Source of the DNA: Candidatus Latescibacterota bacterium
GTDB lineage: Bacteria > Latescibacterota > CBDEFO01
Direction of reading: 5' to 3'
Length of the DNA: 64,000 nt
Assembly: GCA_965237525.1 (NCBI GenBank)
Contig: CBDEFO010000004.1
Location: 492,595-556,594, forward strand
Shown here: positions 30,049 to 39,104 of the stretch, piece by piece
Numbering within the stretch: position 1 is the first letter of the stretch
Layout of the letters: every line of letters begins with the position of its first letter
Position numbers and translations under genes: made by a program
The notes under the pieces: model-generated
Database searches by the model: none
Seen by the model: only the letters and a program-made list of their open reading frames with translations
What the model was told of the DNA's origin: nothing

Positions 30049-32886
30049 CTAATATGCAACGTGCACTAACCGGATGACAGAAGTATCTTCTACCGAACCT
30101 GAATCGGAATCAACATTAATCCTTATAATATATATACCGAGAGGCACTAAGTCTCCTGACTTATCAACGCCAGCCCAGGTCACTGTATATCTCCCAGAAG
30201 GTAGAGAATCATTGAGCAATTCACGCACTATATTGCCGCTAAGATCGTATATCTGCACCTGAACAGTAGTTGGTGATCCCACACGCAACACCGAAAAGCT
30301 TATCGACGTCTCATCGTTGATCCCATCACCATTCGGTGTAATTATCTCAGGATCTACCACAATATTGTCTAATATCTTATTTCCTTCAAGGGCTAATACT
30401 ATTGTCCTTTCACTGTCTGTAACGCCGTTTGCATCTCCGTCATCCACCCGTTGCCATGAACGCGGTACGGAAGAGCTGCCGATAAAGCCGTCAAAAAATG
30501 TGCTGAATCCAAATAACTGCGCTTCAAACTTGACCTCCAATAGAACATTACGCGTAGTCGTCTTTATAACATCTGGCAGATGAACCCACAGAGAATCGGA
30601 CGGATCGGGCTTATCTTTAGGTAAAACATCAAAACCTTCGCTTTCTTCTGTATAACTTTCATCAGGTTCCCTCAGAAGGCCATTTATGATCATGTCTTCA
30701 ATGCTTTCATCCTCCCACTTATTGACCTGCTTGAAGTTCATCCTGACTCCAGGAGGCGCTTCAATAAGGATCTCATCGAACTCCTGGTCGTCGGAATCGA
30801 ACGTCGGACGGATGAAATAGGAAAACTCCTGATTGACACCCAGCTCATCCAGACGGGTGGGTTTTATCTCGCCGACGACATTTGCAGCCACAGGATTTAG
30901 GAAATTAAGTGTCAATGAACGCAAAGTGGCCGACTGGAAAGGATCATCCGTCAATAACGTAGCCCTGATCGTAACGAATCTTCTGGGACTCGGAGACGTG
31001 ATCTTATCCCCCGGATGCTCATAGCGCTGGCTCCACCCGCTCCAGTCACTCCCCGGGAGGATGTCAGCAACTATGGGCCCCACCTCAAAGTTCGTGTTTT
31101 TATCGACCAGCCATTTTCGACAGAGCTTTTGGTCAATGACATCCTCGCCTTTGCTGCAGACGTCTTTCAGGGTGGGTGTGATTGGATCTCTCTTTTTCCA
31201 AAATAGGTCAACCTTCTTTTCATATTGTTCTTTGGGCGATTCGCCCCTTCTATTCGTCGTAAATTCTTTCTTCTTGCCTATGTCAAAGTAGCGGTATTCC
31301 GTCTCTGACGTATCCCCTGTCTTTGTCTGAATGAAAACATCTGTGCCTGGCGGAGTATCTGCATCCCACTCTATGGAAACCAGATTCTTTGAAGTCCCCA
31401 GCTCGATAAAGGGAGCACCTTCTTCAAAGACAGACTCGATCTGGGTCTCCGCCACGAAGCCCTCTCCGAATAATTGTATCTCCGCTAATCCTGCGGGTGT
31501 TCCTCCGCCGGTTGTAACCGCTGCTAATTGTGCTATGAACGCGGTGGTAAATTTGAAAAATCTTACTTTGGTAAGCTCGAAATTGTGGTTGTGAAATGCA
31601 TCTTCGCTGCCTATACCACTCTTCGACGCCACAGTTTTAAAGAGTACACTACCGTCGGCACCCCTGGAGCCGTCCGAAACCTTCAGGAAGTATGCTCCAA
31701 ATCCACTGGGAGGCTGAGTGATTGACATGATCACCCGGGCGTTATCTAAAAAGAAAGCGCCTCCAAGGTCTATAAACAAGTCGCGCTCGACATCCAGAGG
31801 CTCATTCGGCGGTATAGATTCGATTGAAAAACCTTGTTTGCCCAACCAGACATCTGTGAGATCGCCATTGACTATACGCTCTTCATTCCTGTTTTCAAGG
31901 CTACTTAAAGCACCACCACGATCTATTACGCCCAAAGCGACGTTGTCCCCAATTGACCAGACCTCCAACTCAGCCAGCCTCGGAAGCTCCCGACGGTAAT
32001 GGACTACAGGACCTCGTTTGCTCTCATCTAAAGCCTCCCAGAGTTCTTTCCCCGACAGCAACCTTAACCTTCCCGATGCTGCCTTTCTGAAGTACTCTAC
32101 ATCTCCCCTTCTGTTGGACTCCAGACTCTCAAACGTAGCCTTGGAGACCTGCCTCGCCTTTCCGAAATCGCTACCCGCTATCGCAACTTGCACATATCTG
32201 ATAGCGTCGCCGCTAAATTCTTCAATTTTTTCAGCTGAAGCAGCAGGAGATCGTGGCCCGCCCCGGATATGTTTACTCGTCAGAGTCAATTCGACCTCAA
32301 CGACCCTCTCATCCTTGAGCTTCTTTTCGGTAACAAAGACTTGTCTGTATCTAAGAATTCTATTGTCCACTAACCCCTGAGACGTGAGGACTTTAAAGAG
32401 CAAAAATGGATCTCCAAGATCATCCCCGACGAACTTGAGGACAACCTTGGTGGCGGATACAGCCCGTCCCAGATCTATCTGCACCCACCAATCCTCTATG
32501 CGATCATCCCTGTCCGGCTCCCAGAAGGTGTCCATTCTACCATCCAAAAGGTCGGAGACCTTTGAAGGGTTAGAACCTGCCGCCAAGTCGAGGTTATCTC
32601 CTCCAAACTCACTTGCGTTCAAGGAAGCGTTGATGCCGGGAACTCTCACGATCCGGCCATCTATCTCTATTTCTGTGCTCTTGTGTATGAACCCAGGTCT
32701 TACCCCCTCATCGGTGACCTGGATCGACTTTGCAGCAGCCTTCCAGCGGGACCAATGCTCTTCCGAATCTATGACGACCCTGTTGCCTTCGATAGAATAT
32801 CCCAACTGCTGAGCCCAGACGACCGAGTCTTTCAAGAGTACCCCCCAAGCTATTGCAAATAATAGACAAACTATTCTCCACTTCAT
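30049..32886 (-). CDS. Secreted protein with discoidin-like regions and C-terminal FlgD-Ig/CHU_C-like domain
   Basis: GGAGG RBS before MKWRIV signal peptide; LDG...T.W, WVQIDLG; ITPNGDGIND...IYDLSG...W.G.D..G..VP.G.Y. Confidence 0.75.
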   Translation of the reverse strand: MKWRIVCLLFAIAWGVLLKDSVVWAQQLGYSIEGNRVVIDSEEHWSRWKAAAKSIQVTDEGVRPGFIHKSTEIEIDGRIVRVPGINASLNASEFGGDNLDLAAGSNPSKVSDLLDGRMDTFWEPDRDDRIEDWWVQIDLGRAVSATKVVLKFVGDDLGDPFLLFKVLTSQGLVDNRILRYRQVFVTEKKLKDERVVEVELTLTSKHIRGGPRSPAASAEKIEEFSGDAIRYVQVAIAGSDFGKARQVSKATFESLESNRRGDVEYFRKAASGRLRLLSGKELWEALDESKRGPVVHYRRELPRLAELEVWSIGDNVALGVIDRGGALSSLENRNEERIVNGDLTDVWLGKQGFSIESIPPNEPLDVERDLFIDLGGAFFLDNARVIMSITQPPSGFGAYFLKVSDGSRGADGSVLFKTVASKSGIGSEDAFHNHNFELTKVRFFKFTTAFIAQLAAVTTGGGTPAGLAEIQLFGEGFVAETQIESVFEEGAPFIELGTSKNLVSIEWDADTPPGTDVFIQTKTGDTSETEYRYFDIGKKKEFTTNRRGESPKEQYEKKVDLFWKKRDPITPTLKDVCSKGEDVIDQKLCRKWLVDKNTNFEVGPIVADILPGSDWSGWSQRYEHPGDKITSPSPRRFVTIRATLLTDDPFQSATLRSLTLNFLNPVAANVVGEIKPTRLDELGVNQEFSYFIRPTFDSDDQEFDEILIEAPPGVRMNFKQVNKWEDESIEDMIINGLLREPDESYTEESEGFDVLPKDKPDPSDSLWVHLPDVIKTTTRNVLLEVKFEAQLFGFSTFFDGFIGSSSVPRSWQRVDDGDANGVTDSERTIVLALEGNKILDNIVVDPEIITPNGDGINDETSISFSVLRVGSPTTVQVQIYDLSGNIVRELLNDSLPSGRYTVTWAGVDKSGDLVPLGIYIIRINVDSDSGSVEDTSVIRLVHVAY

Positions 32887-32914
32887 AACAAAACACCTCC
32901 AGCTTGTAATGCAC

Positions 32915-35020
32915 TTAATAGACAACAGAGACAGTGCCGCTCTCAGTCTCCTCTTGCTCAGCCTCCACCGATAAGCGGTACAGATATATCCCGGGCGGAA
33001 CGAAATTATTGTCGCTGTCTGTCCCATCCCAAACCTGGGCATCTTCTCCTGTATATTCTCCTGCGGGATCAACTCCAGAATACACGTTCTTTATAAGGAG
33101 ACCGGATAGATCGTATATATCTACTGAGACCGGAACAGGAGCGGTCACCTTCAAAAGGTCATAAGATATCTTCAACTCATCGTTGATACCATCCCCATTG
33201 GGTGTGAAGGGGTTTGGTTCAACCTCAACGGAGGAGAACAGCGGTGCGTCCAAAGCCGTAATTACAGAAAGAACATCGCTTTCTATCTCATCTGCCGCAT
33301 TACCCTCCTTGATCCTCTGACGGACCTCGTGCGGCAGGTCGCTGTCAAACACCCTGCCGTCAAAAATGGTACCGCGCTCCATCAAAACAGGAGCGTTGAA
33401 GACGATTTCAATTAGAGATCCACTGTCTTCTATCTCCATCTTCCTCGGCAACTTAACCTCAAAGCCGTCTTCCCTTAGCATCAGGGTAAAATCTTCCCGA
33501 TTAATGTTGATGCCATCTATTCTGAGCGAATCGACCGAAGTAACCCCAAAAGGCGTTAAAATCTCCACGCTATCGAATCCTGTATCGCCAACTCTGATCT
33601 CCGAATTGATAAAATAAGTAAACTGTACCGGCTTTGCTATCTCGACCTCCACTGGGAATATCTCACCTACTACAGTCGAAGCCGCAGGAGTCACAGACGC
33701 TTTAAATTGTAAATAGTCGATCTTGCCCCCGTCCTGACCAAAAGAGAAAAAATCCACCTTTATCTGAAAGAACTTGCGGGGGCCCGGAGAAAATATGTCT
33801 GTTCCCGGACTTTCAAAAACGTAAGGTTGTGACCAGAAGCTCCAGTTTTGCGTATCGTGAGTAACTCCACCTTGAGTAGTGGGCAACATCTTATCGTATA
33901 CTTGTTTGTACTCCTTTGAACTGAGCTCTACTCCTTGCTGATTGGTCGAAGGAAGAACTGCCAACGTTTGCTGCGCCAGTAAGAGTTCCCAGTAGACGTC
34001 CGGTTGGGGATCCTTTCCGCTCCTTGTTCTGATCTCAACGCTGGCTTTGGGATCACGTCTCCCCGACCAGCTGATCTCTCCCAAAGTGGCGCTCTTATCC
34101 AACTCAATTATGTCAGCTATATAAGAGGCCTCAGGTACAAAGCCCGGTCCGAGGACTTCAATCTCAGCGAGCTCTATCGCCTTTTGCGATGTCTGCCAGA
34201 TCAACAACCCCAGATAAGCGACCCTCTGGCGTGGCTGAAAGGTGAAGCTAACTACAGGAGAAAGATTGTTAACCGGCACATGCCTTACTCTCTCCGGGTG
34301 AGTGTAATTGGGAAAATTTGGGAAGTCCGGGATGGACTGTGATCCTCGACACAACTGTCCCTTGCGATTCCCTCCGCCCATCCCTCCTGGTCCAGGATCA
34401 CTGAAACCCTCGAAATCCTCCGGGAGGCCTTGGCTGAGACCCAATTCGTACTCCGGCAAAAAGCGCTCCGGATGTTCCTGACGAGGGGAGAATCTTACTT
34501 CATTCACGAGAAATAGTCCACCTAAGAAAATAACCACCCGCCCACTGGCCCCAGAACATCTTGCGCCCCCTCGGTTTGTCCCCTGAGGCCACACATAAGC
34601 CGTGGTAGGATCCCCATCTAATAGGTTATTCCCCACGTTTCCTTCGATTTGAAATCCCTCACTCGAGCCTGGCGCCTCCAGTCCTTGGGTACCCATCCTC
34701 ACCCATCCTCCTCTGTCCAGAGCCGTTATGGCTATGCTCTCACCCTCAGCCGTAAACTTGGGTTGAATTGAGCCGGCATCCCCCACCTTCAGGGAATCCA
34801 CGTCGAGGCTATTCACCGACTCATAATCTTTCCAGCCGATCTCCCTGAAATCGAGCCCTATCTCCAGGAGACTGTCCTTTTCTACAGGTGAAAAGGGGCG
34901 TCCGATTCTATAGATAATCGCAGAGGAGGCGTCATCTACAAAGATAATCATGCCCATGAACGCAAGCACAATCAATCCTGTCAGCTTACATAAAATACTA
35001 CCTACTGTGGATGCCAGCAA
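32915..35020 (-). CDS. Secreted protein with C-terminal FlgD-Ig/CHU_C-like domain
   Basis: Signal peptide; LLDGDPTT; PNPFTPNGDGIND...WDGTD...VPPGIY; paralog of the two downstream genes. Confidence 0.75.
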   Translation of the reverse strand: MLASTVGSILCKLTGLIVLAFMGMIIFVDDASSAIIYRIGRPFSPVEKDSLLEIGLDFREIGWKDYESVNSLDVDSLKVGDAGSIQPKFTAEGESIAITALDRGGWVRMGTQGLEAPGSSEGFQIEGNVGNNLLDGDPTTAYVWPQGTNRGGARCSGASGRVVIFLGGLFLVNEVRFSPRQEHPERFLPEYELGLSQGLPEDFEGFSDPGPGGMGGGNRKGQLCRGSQSIPDFPNFPNYTHPERVRHVPVNNLSPVVSFTFQPRQRVAYLGLLIWQTSQKAIELAEIEVLGPGFVPEASYIADIIELDKSATLGEISWSGRRDPKASVEIRTRSGKDPQPDVYWELLLAQQTLAVLPSTNQQGVELSSKEYKQVYDKMLPTTQGGVTHDTQNWSFWSQPYVFESPGTDIFSPGPRKFFQIKVDFFSFGQDGGKIDYLQFKASVTPAASTVVGEIFPVEVEIAKPVQFTYFINSEIRVGDTGFDSVEILTPFGVTSVDSLRIDGININREDFTLMLREDGFEVKLPRKMEIEDSGSLIEIVFNAPVLMERGTIFDGRVFDSDLPHEVRQRIKEGNAADEIESDVLSVITALDAPLFSSVEVEPNPFTPNGDGINDELKISYDLLKVTAPVPVSVDIYDLSGLLIKNVYSGVDPAGEYTGEDAQVWDGTDSDNNFVPPGIYLYRLSVEAEQEETESGTVSVVY

Positions 35021-35091
35021 CCTTCACCTCCGTAGGAGCAAATCACTGCAGGCCTTTGCGTCTGGAACAGCGGCCCAAAGACTCTGCTAAC

Positions 35092-35127
35092 AAGAAAGAA
35101 GGGGAGCGGTAACATTCGCCCCCCCTC
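35092..35127 (-). terminator. Rho-independent terminator-like hairpin
   Basis: GGGGGCGAATGTTACCGCTCCCC followed by TTCTTTCTT after 35152-36087; duplicated at 37622-37657. Confidence 0.55.
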
Positions 35128-35151
35128 CAGACATCTGATCGTCATCCTCCT

Positions 35152-36087
35152 CTAGTTTTTGTTGAAGCTGGACTTGATGCGACCCCATGTGTCAGACTCA
35201 ACTGCAGTGACAGTCACCCATTGATCCGGATCAAAAGAAAGCATGATGAAGTCGTTGAAGAAGTCAGTATTCTGGTTAAGCGTTGTCGAGCCTCCGTTGC
35301 TCGTGTAGTTACCACCACCCGATGTAACCATGCCACAGCAGCGCTCAAGATTGTCAGCGTCTTGAACTTGAAATCCTATTCCCATGACGGCGTTATTTTC
35401 ACCATCTTCCTGTGTAAATTGGTGTACAACGCTCGTCTCTATACCTGCAGGATCCAGATCGTCAAACACCGTCACGCCCATCTCCACAATCAGGGTGCCC
35501 GGGTCACCCAGGTCGCCATCAAAGCTCCAGCCAAACGCCGCATAAGGAGCCACGTTTACCCACGTAGCGTTTCCCCAATGCCAGACAGGATCCTCTCGGA
35601 TCACAAAATAGCGATAATTCTGTGCGTGAGATCCGTTCCACCTGTCTCCATCCAGGTCCACTGTTTGCATGCGCATGTACTGTCCCCCGCTGTGGTCGGC
35701 ATCGATGCCAAGCTCAACCGACTCCTGAGGGGAATCTTTTGCCCAACCGACATAGACATCGTCAAATCTATCCTCAAACCAGTAAACCTTGTTGGTTATC
35801 GGACTCCACCCTATGATTATCCTCTCGGCGAGGTCAGCGGCGTTCACACCCTGCTCATTCTGGTTCTCTACCAAGTCTTCGTGAGTTATCCAGAACGCCG
35901 GGTCAACATTTGCCCACTCGCTGGGGTCACCGTCGTGTACAAGCCTCTGGGTGTTAGGGAGTATCCCCACAGTCCCATCAATGGGCACCTGGACAGCGAA
36001 AAAGTCCTCGCCCAAGTGAGCATAACTAAAGGAAGCCGCCAGAAGGAGGAATCCCAGTCCTAGTACAATCGAAAGTATCTTCTTCAT
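35152..36087 (-). CDS. Secreted acidic DOMON/CBM9-like protein with C-terminal TAVESDTWGRIK tail, copy A
   Basis: Signal peptide ending SYA; DGDPSEW, IDADHSGG; tail TAVESDTWGRIKSSFNKN. Domain call is tentative. Confidence 0.7.
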   Translation of the reverse strand: MKKILSIVLGLGFLLLAASFSYAHLGEDFFAVQVPIDGTVGILPNTQRLVHDGDPSEWANVDPAFWITHEDLVENQNEQGVNAADLAERIIIGWSPITNKVYWFEDRFDDVYVGWAKDSPQESVELGIDADHSGGQYMRMQTVDLDGDRWNGSHAQNYRYFVIREDPVWHWGNATWVNVAPYAAFGWSFDGDLGDPGTLIVEMGVTVFDDLDPAGIETSVVHQFTQEDGENNAVMGIGFQVQDADNLERCCGMVTSGGGNYTSNGGSTTLNQNTDFFNDFIMLSFDPDQWVTVTAVESDTWGRIKSSFNKN

Positions 36088-36241
36088 TTTGTTAACCCTC
36101 TCGTTTAAGATGATTAACTCCTACTACCAAAACATTACACTACAACTCTTGTCGCTCCTTTCTACTACCTCCCTTTGCGTTTACCATGTTCCAAATCGAT
36201 GTCTTGACACCACCCCCTTTATTTATTATGACTTTCTGAAT

Positions 36242-36495
36242 TAGGTCAAAACAGTTCAAATAGTTTCAATAAAGTGCTCGCCTACTATATAGTATGGCTT
36301 GTACGACAACCTGTGAAATCATAGTTAGCACCACATACCAAACATCAGGCAACTGAATATACTAATATCTCTTTTGCATGTCAAGGCTTTTTTTGATAGA
36401 ACTGAAGAATAAAGGGCAAATGCTATCCATATACCAAAAACCGGACGGTTGAATATACTAATACCTCTTTTTCATGTCAAGGATTTTTTTGATAG
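36242..36495 (-). promoter_or_regulatory. Repeated promoter/leader unit (one full, one partial)
   Basis: TTGACA-17-TATATT at 36384-36356 and 36480-36452; homologous to 38764-39104. Confidence 0.75.
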
Positions 36496-36502
36496 GTTGT
36501 AT

Positions 36503-36906
36503 TGTACTGGCATACCGTTCCCCTTGACAGAGCGACAAAGAATTTGCAAATTGGGGTTTGAGAAGGGAGGTTAAGGTGTCAAGCCCCAAGGTGGAAGATG
36601 GTAAGCGTTGGACATCTGGTCGTAAGGCAGAGGTCGTGTTGGCTCTTTTAAGAGGAGCGGATCTATCTGAGGTGTGTCGGAGGAATGGAATTAGCCAGTC
36701 GCAGGCGTATGCTTGGCGTGATAGTTTCTTAGAAGGGGGCCAGGAGAGTCTGAAGTCTCGGCGTGGTGGCAGGCATCCGAAGGAGCGGGAGGTCAGTCGG
36801 TTGGAGCGCAAGGTAGGGCAGTTAACCCTCCAGTTGGAGATACTCGAGGAGGTAGCCCGTCTAAAAAAAAGGAAGCGGTTGCCTTGAGTGGGCGGTTTTT
36901 GGGTCG
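36503..36906 (+). mobile_element. IS3-family fragment (left end plus orfA, truncated)
   Basis: ORF 36558-36887 has an HTH/leucine-zipper pattern (RW....K..VV...L.G....EVCRR.GI....Y.W...F; RLERKVGQL) and an A8G shift-like run at 36863-36871; orfB missing. Confidence 0.7.
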
Positions 36907-37301
36907 AGGTTATTCCCCACGTTGCCTGCGATTTCATATCCCTCACGCGAGCCTGGCTTCTCCAGTCCTTGCGTATTCATGGTTACCCATCCTTCTCTGT
37001 CCAGAGCCGTTATGGCTATGCTCTCACCCTCAGCCGTAAACTTGGGTTGAATTGAGCCGGCATCCCCCGCCTTCAGGGAATCCACGTCGAGGGTATTCAC
37101 CGACTCATAATCTTTCCAGCTGATCTCCCTGAAACCGAGCCCTATCTCCAGGAGACTGTCCTTTTCTGCAGGTGAAAAGGGGCGTCCGATTCTATAGATA
37201 ATCGCAGAGGATGCGTCATCTACAAACATAATCATGCCCATCAAGGCAAGCAGAATCAATCCTGTCAGCTTACATAAAATACTACCTACTGTTGATGCCA
37301 A
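36907..37301 (-). pseudogene. 5' fragment duplicating gene 32915-35020
   Basis: About 130 N-terminal codons near-identical (ASTVGSILCKLTG...GNVGNNL), then cut at the IS3 fragment. Confidence 0.9.
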
Positions 37302-37621
37302 CAGCTTTCACCTCCGTATGGTAAATCCTTGCCGTGCTCTACAATACTTTTGTTCTGATTCAGCAACCCATTTTCAGGATATTTTTTCTTTAGTTCCTGA
37401 TAATAGCTACGAATCTATCTTGTGTCAGTTTCAAATTCCTTCATTTTCTCAACGGAGGTAATTTTGTCCCCCATTCGGTGCGTATAGATAATCTTTTCCG
37501 TGTTGGGTTGCCTTTCAAATATTAGATATTTTCGAGGATCCCTAATCATAAATCAACAGGAGAATATCGCAACAGGGATTTACGTCTACGTCCGGAACAG
37601 CGGCCCAAAGATTCTGCTAAC

Positions 37622-37657
37622 AAGAAAGAAGGGGAGCGATAACATTCGCCCCCCTCC
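37622..37657 (-). terminator. Rho-independent terminator-like hairpin
   Basis: Copy of 35092-35127. Confidence 0.55.
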
Positions 37658-37680
37658 AGACATCTGATCGTCATCCTCCT

Positions 37681-38598
37681 CTAGTTTTTGTTGAAGCTGG
37701 ACTTGATGCGGCCCCAGGTGTCAGACTCAACTGCTGTCACTGTCACCCATTGATCCGGATCATAAGAAAGCAGCGTGAAGTCGTTGAAGAAGTCAGTATC
37801 CTGGTTAAGCGTTGTCGAGCCACCGTTGCTCGTGTAGTAGCCACCACCCGTTGCCATCATGCCGCAGCAATCTACAAGATTGTCAGCGTCCATAACAGCA
37901 AATCCCATTCCAATGACGTAATTGTCGCCATGTTCCGGTAAAAAATCGTGTACAACGCTCGTGCCAATACCTCCTGCAGAATCCAGATCGTCAAACACCG
38001 TCACGCCCATCTCCACAATCAGGTTACCCGAGTTACCCAGTTCGCCGCCATCGAAGCTCCAGCCGATCTCCGCATAAGGAGCCACGTTTACCCACGTAGC
38101 GTTTCCCCAATGCCAGACAGGATCCTCTCGGAAGAAAAAATAGCGATATTGCTGTGCATGTTTTCCGTCGAAAATCGCTGGGTCCAGCTCTGAATGATTC
38201 ATGTACCGTCCGCCGCTGTGGTCAGCATCGGTGCCCCACTCAACGCCCTCCTGAGGGAAATCTGATACCCCATTGACAAAGACATCGTCAAATCTATCCT
38301 CAAACCAGTAAATCTTGTCGGTCTCAGGACTCCATCCTATGATTATCCTCTCGGCGAGGTCAGCGGCGTTCACGCCCTGCTCATTCATGTTCTCTACCAG
38401 GTCCTCGTGCGTTATCCAGAACGCCGGGTCAACATTTGCCCACTCGGCTGGGTCACCGTCGTGCACAATATTCATTCTGTCCATCGTGCTGATCGGCAAC
38501 TGTACAGCGAAAAAGTCCTCGCCCAAGTGAGCATAACTCATAGAAGCGGCGAACATGACAATTCCCAGCGCTACGCATATAACAATTGTCTTCTTCAT
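37681..38598 (-). CDS. Secreted acidic protein with C-terminal TAVESDTWGRIK tail, copy B
   Basis: Paralog of 35152-36087 with identical C-terminal tail. Confidence 0.7.
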   Translation of the reverse strand: MKKTIVICVALGIVMFAASMSYAHLGEDFFAVQLPISTMDRMNIVHDGDPAEWANVDPAFWITHEDLVENMNEQGVNAADLAERIIIGWSPETDKIYWFEDRFDDVFVNGVSDFPQEGVEWGTDADHSGGRYMNHSELDPAIFDGKHAQQYRYFFFREDPVWHWGNATWVNVAPYAEIGWSFDGGELGNSGNLIVEMGVTVFDDLDSAGGIGTSVVHDFLPEHGDNYVIGMGFAVMDADNLVDCCGMMATGGGYYTSNGGSTTLNQDTDFFNDFTLLSYDPDQWVTVTAVESDTWGRIKSSFNKN

Positions 38599-38763
38599 TG
38601 TGACAAATCCTTTCGTTGAAGATTAGATACTACTGTGACTAAACATTTCACTCCCACATTCTTAGACGCTTCTTTCTACCACCTCCTTTCGCGCGTTTCA
38701 TATTGAGGCTGTCTTAGCACCACCACCTTTATTTATAATGACTTATTTATTTTGACTTGCTCA

Positions 38764-39104
38764 TAGGTCAAAACGGTTCAAAATAGTTTCAATAAGTGCT
38801 CGCCTACTATATAACATAGTTTGTACGACAACCTGCGAAATCATAGTGAGCGCCACATACCCAAAATCAGACGCCTTAATATATTCATATCTCTTTTGCA
38901 TGTCAAGGAATTTCTTTGATAGAACACCTGATAGGTCAAAACAGTTCAAAATAGTTTCAATAAGTGCTCGTCCCTACTATATAGTATAGCTTGTAAGACA
39001 ACCTGTGAAATCATAGTCAACGCCAGATACCAAACACGAGAGGCTTGATTATAATAATATCTCTTTTGCATGTCAAGGATTTTTTGTAGATTTTTTGATA
39101 GAAC
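38764..39104 (-). promoter_or_regulatory. Two tandem ~165-bp promoter/leader units
   Basis: TTGACA-17-TATATT (38906-38878) and perfect TTGACA-17-TATAAT (39076-39048). Confidence 0.8.

Noticed and set aside
35221..36063. 280-aa plus-strand ORF and other long antisense ORFs (e.g. 45421-46128, 58402-59016)
   Set aside because: Shadow ORFs opposite well-supported genes, with no motifs.
37320..37560. Small gene in the extra ~240 bp of the duplicated unit
   Set aside because: Minus-strand reading (..YQELKKKYPE..) is interrupted by a stop; at best a relic.
38764..39104. CRISPR array in the tandem AT-rich repeats
   Set aside because: Units are about 165 bp and similar along their whole length, with no short repeat/unique spacer pattern and no cas genes.
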